A stretch of DNA of 64,000 bases from the human T2T-CHM13v2.0 reference genome, Homo sapiens: NCBI RefSeq assembly GCF_009914755.1, contig NC_060937.1. One strand, written 5' to 3'. Every line of letters starts with the position of its first letter. Positions within the stretch are counted from its first letter, which is position 1. The notes beneath the pieces were generated by a model. It did no database searches. It was not told the DNA's origin and saw only the letters and a program-made list of their open reading frames with translations. Shown piece after piece: positions 55,301-64,000 of the stretch. A program made the translations under genes and the position numbers.

Positions 55301-57173
55301 CTTACTTGAAGATAAGGATCAGAGCACTATTAAGGAAAGGGAGGATAATCCTGAAGTGTGGGAGGGGATGGTCATGGATTTACCTATTTTTACTATTTGT
55401 TTTATTTACTCTATTTCTAACAACCCAATCACTTCTCCAGTGGCAAAGGCCTTTGGCATTTGGTAGGCACCCAATGCATAATTGCTGATGAAAGAATGAA
55501 TTCTATTGCCAGGACATCCATTTCATTTTCTCTGCAGCCACACCATCAGCATGGCAACTGCCCCGACAGCACATTCTTTTCATGATTGTTTTAAATTTCT
55601 TATGCTATTTTCCGTAAGGTAGTGGTCTATATAATTTTTAGTCATGCACTCCTATTAATTAAGTTTTGTGCATGTAGTCTCTAAATACATATTTTACAAA
55701 TAAGATATTCTGTTGCTTTATAAAATATAGTTAATCAGAAGAATGAGATTGTTAATAACAATTCTAATAATTATTTCTCCATTTTCATGGACTGTCTTGC
55801 TAACCTTCCTTGCACACTGTATTCTGGAGAACCTTGGCTGTTGAAAGCATAAAGGAAGAAGAATGCAGTTTTTGCCTTGGGGAGCTTACATCTTATCTGG
55901 TATACCAGATAAACACAATGAAGGACAACACAACGGTAAACAAGGTATTTCATATCATGGTGGACTAGAAGAGAGTCCCTGTACAGAATTTTGCTAAAAA
56001 CATAAAATTTAAAACATATTTCAGTCTGCCACCTTTGATTTGTAGTAAGATACTTCTTATGTTGAATTGAGTTTAAGCACACTCCAAACTTTGCAATAGA
56101 TACATTCTGTTCTCTTGGAATCATACAGATTTAATATTAAGAACAATTTTTCTTTACTTCAATGTTTCTCTTTTTCTTATATCCTGAAAAACCTGACCAC
56201 TTAAAACTGTCCTTCTAATCCCCGGCAGAGGAAATTTTACTTTTTGATAGGACACTTTTGACCTAGGTTTTGACTCTGAGGGAAGGATAGCCTAGGAGGC
56301 AGGTGTTTCATAAGTACATTCTAGAAGTTCATTTACTTCAGGCATGCAGGATAACATAGCAAAATGTTTATGGATCACAAACATAAGTGCAGTGATTCTG
56401 TAAATAATCCAACAACCTAACTTGTCTTGGCCAGAAATCTAGATGCTGACATCATGGGAAATATCCTTTTAGTTTGATGTATGCATCTTTCTTCAGGGCT
56501 CTTTATCCTTTAATACCTAATTGTTCTACCTTGTTTTTTTTTTTTTTCATTCCTACTCCTTTTCTTCTACCCCTTAGGTCATATGTATCTATCTTCGTCA
56601 CAGTCAAGGTGGCCCCTGTATGGTGGAAAAGGTCACTCCTTTAGTGGGAAATTAGCAAATATTTACCTAAAGTGAATTCATATAGTCATTTGTGAAGTAA
56701 ATCATCTTAAGAAATGGTACAAAAATAAAATATTTCAGAATCTCTACTGAGTGAGGTATATTTGCAAGGAGATAATGGTATACTATTTATCTACTCATTT
56801 GTGCTATAACTTGACTATTTAAAATGAGTATATTAACATAAGGATTGTGCTGTATATACAATCTAGGAGAAAAAGGAGAAGGTCAAAAGCTAAGATCGGT
56901 GAATATGTCTCTAGGAATAGTTGTCCTGGGTCCTCTAGACAGCATGATAAGTATAGAAGTCTTGGTAAATTAACATATTGCCATTTAGGTTTACAAATTC
57001 ATTTCCTGTGATTTTGGTTAATGTAAGTTTTAGGTCACCGGAGCAAAGTCAACTTTGGACCCATGATATAGAGAGCTAAAACCTATATTATGATGAATCT
57101 ACTAAGACACCACACAATAAGAAGCTCTGTCTGAGGCCCCAGCTGGCTGCTGTGACATGTTTTTAGCTTCCAC

Positions 57174-57652
57174 ATATTAGTTATAGTAATACTAGCTGCT
57201 GTAAAATACAAATCTCAAAACTTTAGCCACATAACAAGATAAACTATTTATTCTTGTTTATTAACACTCTAATACAGATGTTCCTAGTGGGGGAGTAGGG
57301 GGGGGCTTTGCCCTGTGCAATGTAGGGTCCAGATTGCTGGTGGGGTGGTCTATCATCTTCAACACCTGGCTCCTCAGGTTGCCTTGGGTGTTGACATCTT
57401 ACAGGCAAAAGGAGTTGGTGTGGGTAAGAAAGGCATACTCACTTTTTAACCATGTTGAAAGGGAAGTGACATATATCTTTCCTGCTTCGGTTCCACTGGG
57501 ACAAGTCAGCTATATGCCCATATGTAGATGAAAGGAGGAGGGGATTAGGAAATGTAATCTCTCATAGAGCAGCCAGTTCCCAGCAATTACTCCACAATAA
57601 GGAAGGAGAAGTGAAGCTCTGAAGAACTAACTGCTGAGCCCTCTCTGCCGTA
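57174..57652 (-). mobile_element. MaLR LTR (MLT1H/I/J-like)
   Basis: tattagttatagtaatactagctgctgtaa...tttattcttg...aggaaatgtaatctc...cccagcaattactcc. Confidence 0.75.
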
Positions 57653-58405
57653 ACCCATAATATTGTGAAATGTTCCTACGGACAAGAAGAATGTTAAAGT
57701 AATCATTTTAAATCTTTCAGTTTGCAAAGCAAACTTTTGCTGCAATGTTTTATCTTTAAGAACAAGGCATGCATCTTATATTAACAGTGAAAGTTTAAAT
57801 TATAAAGTACAGCATTTAGATTACATTCAATATACAAAGTGATGGTGAATCCTGACAATTACCTACTTAATTTCATTGCTATAGACAACAGACTCATCTA
57901 GACCTATCATAGATTTGTCATCTAAGTTATGTAACTTGGTTTACTATTAATATTAAATAGATAAATAAAACAAACTCTTTGTTTGTTTTATAGTCATAAA
58001 TATAATATAAATTGTGCATTTTATTCTTTTCAAAACTGTTCCTAATTGATTGGAAGGAAAAAAAGTATTTTTCTGTATGTGAAATAAAGAAAACTCAAAC
58101 ATCTATTTTACAGTTTTGATATCTGTTCATGGAAATAGTCAATGAATTGGAAAGAGATTCTCTGTGATATATCAGATTACAGAAAATATCACCCAAAGAT
58201 AAATACATATTTCTTAGCACACAGTACTTTAGAAATATAGAAATATTTAATGGGCAAAAGATGGACTAAAGTAAATATTCAAGCTACTTGTCCATAAAAG
58301 AGCCTGAATTCTGTTTTAATATGTAATCTAATGTAGGTCTAGTCTTCTTGTTAATGATGTTTTTCCTTGGAGATGCTTTACCTTTATTAATTCTATATTC
58401 AGTGA

Positions 58406-58753
<348 letters not shown>

Positions 58754-59029
58754 TGATTGCAATTGCAATTGTCTTTTTCTTTCTCTTTTTTAAAAACGAA
58801 ATTTTTGTTCTTTTAGTAAACTGAATTGCTGTCAGTCCTATAAATAGATCTGATTTAGCTGGATGTTTTATTGATTTCCAATTAGCAAGAAGGCATAGAT
58901 TTGGCCTCGTACAGCGAGCCTAAGTATATAACAGTGATCAGGGAAGATTTTGGGGCTGCTACCTTCCTCTCTAAAACAACATGTATTGAACAATTAGAAT
59001 TCCTTAGGTGTTAGGATGGTGAGAAAATG

Positions 59030-59265
59030 AAAGTAACAATACCAATGATTAAGTGCCTACTCTGTGCTACCTGTGTTAGAGGCTTAAAATCACTGAATTT
59101 CAGAATAATTCTGCAAGAAAGATTTCATTATTCCCATTTTGCATATGTAGAGCCTAAAATTCAAGGAGGTTGAGTGATTTGCTCAAGGCCACATAATTAT
59201 TTTCAGGAGAGGCAGCATTCTATTCATTTGTGTCTGATCCCAAAGCTCTTATCTTTTTCCCTAGG
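59030..59265 (-). mobile_element. MIR SINE
   Basis: ttaagtgcctactctgtgc...attattcccattttgcatatg...gaggttgagtgatttgctcaaggccaca. Confidence 0.8.
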
Positions 59266-61088
59266 CTAATCCTCCTCTCTCAGTAAGGTATCCACAACAA
59301 ACATTTTGGATCCTTAGATAAGTTTATTATTACACTTTTGCAGATGTCAGTCCTGCCTTACTCTGACATTAGTGACTGCCCTAGGCACTAGCATTTCACT
59401 GCACACCATAGCAATTATTTATGATTTGGAGATTTGCAGCCTGGGGCTGGTTTACCGGAACTGTTTTGAACAAAAACAAAAGGAACTCTTTTCTTGGTTG
59501 CTCCAGGATTCTTTGATTCTTTGATCCAAAGAACTCTGTTGTCTGTAGGAGACGTGGAGGAGGAGTACACACAGAAGAAAGGCCTTTTCCAGGCCAGTGG
59601 CCTTGCTTGTTTTATATGAGTTTAACTTTCATACTAAATCTCATCCACTTCAGCAATTTCTTTATGGTTAATTAAAACTCCCTGTGATTGTTGTGGTATG
59701 GTAGAGATGGAATGGAGATGACTTAGGAGTGAATAAGATGATTTCCAGGCACTGGCAGGTGAAATGTGTACCATTTTGCAAGGCAAAATTATATTATAAA
59801 TCTTTGTCCCTGGTATATTGAGCAAAATGGATAAGGGTCACTCATAAACCCTCATGCTGCAGCCACCAACCCCTTTTTAAGACTCAGCCAATGCCTCAAT
59901 TTCTCCAGGAAACTTTTCTGATTTCTTCATGCTCCAGGCTAGGCAGCCAAACTCTATGCTCCACAGCACCTTGTTATTGCATTGATTACATTAGCGTTAC
60001 AATAGATGTTTGTGTTTAATAATAGTTTGAAAAATAGGACCATAACTTTGTCTTATAAGTCTTTATACTGCCGGTGACAGTTTCCAATGCCCTAAAATTT
60101 CTCAATATAAGTCTTTGAGAAGACCTGAATTGAGTTTCATTTATTTATTTAATAAATATTTAGTGAACACCTATTATATGGAGACATAAGGAAGAGGAAA
60201 ATCAGACATTTTCAGCTTTTCATTTTTGCTACTAAAAGTCATCAGTTTGATTATATCAGATTGAAAATTTGTTTCAGGATTTGACATCTGAAGCCACTCA
60301 GACTTGTCTGTCTATAGAACTAGTGTGCTTCCTTCAATTAGGCACCAGCCTTGTATAATCATCCTATGTGTGGACAACTGAGAAAGAAGATACCCAATAA
60401 AATAAGATTCTTAATAAATCTTCAAAGGACAATAATTGACTAATTAGTTATCACTGATGTCTGTGTATATATTTAAACATAGAAACACTGTAGTTAGTAT
60501 TCAAATAAACTTAAACACCAAGTAGAAGCAAGTGCCCTTGTGTAAAGTTCAGTTATTATCAATTTCTTTCTTCTCATCACCAAATCTAAGCAGAAAACTT
60601 ACCATGACTTTTTCTTATGATCACATTTTTCAGGGCATATATGCAATGTCAATGTAAATTTGATTGGGTGTGTTAATCTTCTGCTTAAAATTTCATACTT
60701 AAATCACTGTCGGAATAAATTTAAAACTTTAAAATTTTTTGCATGAAATAAAAGGCCTCACATCCCTTCTCATCCTATTAAAGCCCCTTTAGTTGCTATT
60801 CATAGGCCCCCAGCTGGCTAGCAGTTCACTCCTTCCCTACACTTTTTCATACAGTGTGGATGCTTCTGTTGGTGGAGTACCGAACTTACCTCTCTCATCC
60901 TTTTAGGAGCTTTCTGTGCCTGCCTTTAACCCTAATACACAAAACATGTGTGTATGTGCTACCATCACATTATACATACCTTTTAAGATTACACTTATCA
61001 CACTGCACTTATTCTTTGCTTAGCTCCTTGATTTTGAGATCTAAGAAGGCGGGGACCACATTTCACCTATTTTTGAAATTTTACTGGC

Positions 61089-61441
61089 TGATATGGTTTG
61101 GCTGTGTCCCCACCCAAATCTCATCTTGAGTTGTAGCTCCCACAATTCCCACATGTGGGGAGGGAACTGGTGTGAGGTAATTGGAACATGGGGGCAGGTT
61201 TTTCCCATGCTGTTCTCATGATAGTGAATAAGTCTCATGAGATCTGATGGTTTTATAAAGGGGAGTTCCCCTGCAGAAACTCTCTCTTGCCTGACGCCAT
61301 GTAAGATGTCCCTTGCTCTCCTGCCATGATTGTGAGGCCTCCCCAGCCATGTGGAAGTGTGAGTCCATTAAACCTCTTTCCTTTATAAATTACCCGGTCT
61401 CAGATATGTCTTTATTAGCAGTGTGAGAACAGACTAACCTA
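61089..61441 (+). mobile_element. THE1 (C-like) MaLR solo LTR
   Basis: tgatatggtttggctgtgtccccacccaaatctcatcttg...attaaacctctttcc...gagaacagactaa; 5-bp TSD ctggc on both sides. Confidence 0.95.
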
Positions 61442-61526
61442 CTGGCTATTGACCAGCACTACGCAGTTTGGCTTGGGTTGCTCTACTCTGATCTGTTTAG
61501 AAAGACAATATTAATTTGACTTCTGA

Positions 61527-62975
61527 CTTTTATTTTATTGTGGTAAGATATTAGGTGTATAATATGGTATTATTATCTATAGGCACAATGTTGTACAGCA
61601 GATCTCTAGGACTCATCAATCTTATATAGGTGAAATTTTGTACTTGTTGATTAACTATTTCCCATTTTCCCATTGCTCCAGCTTCTTTCAACCACCCTTC
61701 TATTCTTTGCTTGTAAGGGTTTGACTACTTTAGATACCCCATATAAGTGAAAGCATGCAGTATTTGTCCTTCTGTGCCTGGCTTATTTCACTTAGCATAA
61801 TGTCCTCAAGGTTTAACTATGTCGTCACATATTGCAGGATTTCCTTCTTTTTAAAAGTCGAATAATAATTCATTGTATGTTTATACTGCATTTTAAAATC
61901 CATTCATGTACTGGTGGACATGTAGGTTGTTTCCACATTTCAGGTATTGTGAATAGTGCTGCAATAAACATGGAATGCAAGTGTTACTTTAAAATCTTGA
62001 TTTTAATTCTTTTGGACATGTATAGAAGAGGGATTGCTGATCCCACTACTGGGTATATACCCAAAGGATTATAAATCATTCTACTATAAAGACGCAAGCA
62101 CACATATGTGTACTGTGGCACTATTCACAATAGCAAAGACTTGGAACCAACCCAAAAGTCCATCAATAATAGACTGGATAAAGAAAATGTGACACATATA
62201 CACCATGGAATACTATGCAGCCATAAAAAAGGATGAGTTCATGTCCTTTTCAGGGACATGGATGAAGCTGGAAACCATCATTCTCAGCAAACTATCACAA
62301 GAACAGGAAACCAAACACTGCATGTTCTCACTCATAAGTGGGAGACGAACAGTGAGAACACGTGGGCATAGGGAAGGGAACATCACACACCAGGGCCTGT
62401 CAGGGGATGGGGGGCTAGGGGAGGGATAGCATTAGGAGAAATACCTAATGTAGGTGACGGGCTGATGGGTGCAGCAAACCACCATGGCACGTGTATACCT
62501 ATGTAACAAACCTGCACATTCTGCACATGTACCCCAGAACTTAAAGTATAATAAAAAATAAAATAAAATAAAATAAAAAAAGAAGTGGGATTGCTGGATC
62601 ATATGGTAGTTCTATTTTGCATTTTTTTGAGGAAGCTGCATACTGTTTTCCATAGCAGCTACATCATTTTGCATCCTCACCACAAGAATTCCAATTTCTC
62701 CCCATTCTCACTAATACTTGCTTTTTATTTTTTTTTTATGATAGCCATCATAACAGGTGTGAGGTAATGTCTCATTGAGTTTCTGATTTGTATTTCCCTG
62801 ATGATTAGTCACATTGAGTATCCTTTCATATACGTTTTGACCATTTGCATGTCCTCTTTGGAGAAATGTGTAAGTCGTTAGCCCATTTTTTATATAAGGT
62901 TATTAGTTGTTTTGCTATCGACTTGCAGGAAGGAGTTCCTTATATATTTGGAAGTTACCCTTTATCAGATGCAAA
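61527..62975 (-). mobile_element. L1MA-type 3' region, split by a younger L1PA
   Basis: ctataggcacaatgttgtacagcagatctctag...ctggcttatttcacttagcataatgtcctcaagg; resumes at 62581 with gggattgctggatcatatggtagttctatt. Confidence 0.9.
62041..62580 (+). mobile_element. 5'-truncated L1PA (PA5-7-like) nested in L1MA in the opposite orientation
   Basis: MEYYAAIKKDEFMSF..TWMKLETIILSKLSQ ORF2 end, 3'UTR gatagcattaggagaaatacctaatg, (TAAAA)n tail; TSD-like agaagagggattgctg / agaagtgggattgctg. Confidence 0.96.
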
Positions 62976-63236
62976 CATTAGAAGTGACTTACTTCTTTTC
63001 ATCTTCTTTTATCATAAAATACATTCTGCTATTTAAGATTCAGCTAAATCAGAGATAAAGAGATAAGGTGCCTGCTTCATGCTCACCTCTTATTTGCAGT
63101 CCTAACTACCCCTCCCCCCACACATGCCCCCACCCTTTAGGGAAAGAGTTCTTTGGCAATAGTACTTCAAAGTTCACTCTAATAAGCTGGGAGCTAGACA
63201 GAGCTGATTCAGAATTTATTCTATCACTACACTTCA

Positions 63237-63596
63237 TGATATGGTTTTGCTCTGTGTCCGCACCCAAATCTGACCTAGAAGTGTAATCCCCACATGTCAA
63301 GGGAGGGAAGTGATTGGATTATGGGGGTGGTTTCCCTCATGCTGTTCTCGTGATAGTAAGTGAATTCTCATGAGATCTCATGGTTTTATAAATGGTACTT
63401 TTTCCTGCGCTCACACTTCTCTCTCTTGCAGCATGTGAAGAAGGTCCTTGTTCCCCCTTCGCCTTCTGCCGTGATTCTAAGCTTCCTGAGGCCTCCACAG
63501 CCGTATGCAAATGTGACTCAACTGAACTTCTTTCTTTTATAAATTACCTAGTTCTTGGGGAGTGTTTTTATAGCAGCTTGAGAATGGACTAATACA
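63237..63596 (+). mobile_element. THE1D/MSTA-like MaLR solo LTR inserted in a MIR
   Basis: tgatatggttttgctctgtgtcc...gagaatggactaataca; near-TSD cttca / cttta; MIR-like sequence on both sides. Confidence 0.93.
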
Positions 63597-63943
63597 CTTT
63601 ATTAGTCATTCAACCTCTCTAAGCCTCCATTTGCTTGTCTGTAAAATGGAAGTAATAACGTCTTCTTCATGGAGTCTTTATTATTAGTATTAGAGGATCC
63701 AATGAATGGAAAACACCTGGAATAGAGCTGGGTTCCTGTGCATGCTTACCAAAAGTCCTTTCTCTTCTCCTGCAAATCTTTGAATGTCTATCTTGATTAA
63801 TTCTTGTTGTATTTATATTACATGTTTGAACTACAGGCATTGGAATCAAACTTCCTAAGTACTCATCTTCTCTGGAATACCAACTAGTAACCAAGTAACT
63901 TAGTAAACTATGACTCAGTTTGTTTATCTGTAAATTAAAAATA

Positions 63944-64000
63944 GGCCAGGCGCGATGGCTCACACCTGTAATCCAGCACTTTGGGAGGCCGAGGCGGGCA
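63944..64000 (+). mobile_element. Alu 5' end, cut by the window edge
   Basis: ggccaggcgcgatggctcacacctgtaatccagcactttgggaggccgaggcgggca. Confidence 0.95.

Noticed and set aside
61089-63596. Two LTRs about 1.8 kb apart as a full THE1 provirus
   Set aside because: The intervening DNA is L1 and MIR rather than THE1-int, the LTRs differ in subfamily, and each has its own TSD, so they are independent solo LTRs.

Overview
AT-rich, CpG-poor, repeat-dense primate (human-like) non-coding DNA, either intergenic or deep inside a long intron. I cannot identify the locus. I find no supportable host protein-coding gene, RNA gene, CpG island or CRISPR-like array. ORFs in the track are mostly Alu-, L1- or Tigger-derived, or are chance ORFs. 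Main content: a near full-length but dead ~7.4 kb L1 (L1PA15-17-like, 11138-18580) with a ~113-bp tandem array in its 5'UTR and a nested Alu; several truncated L1s; 10 Alus, most with readable target-site duplications (TSDs); an internally deleted Tigger1; MER58A and MER5A; MaLR and ERVL solo LTRs; and many L2/MIR relics. Subfamily names come from my recall of consensus sequences, not from a RepeatMasker run, and boundaries of old repeats are approximate. I do not see evidence for a new biological system. The best leads are modest: candidate recursive AG|GT splice points and a candidate cassette exon on the + strand, a possible L1 insertion-mediated deletion, an apparently internally primed L1 fragment, a MITE-like inverted repeat, and an overlapping E-box/ARE motif.
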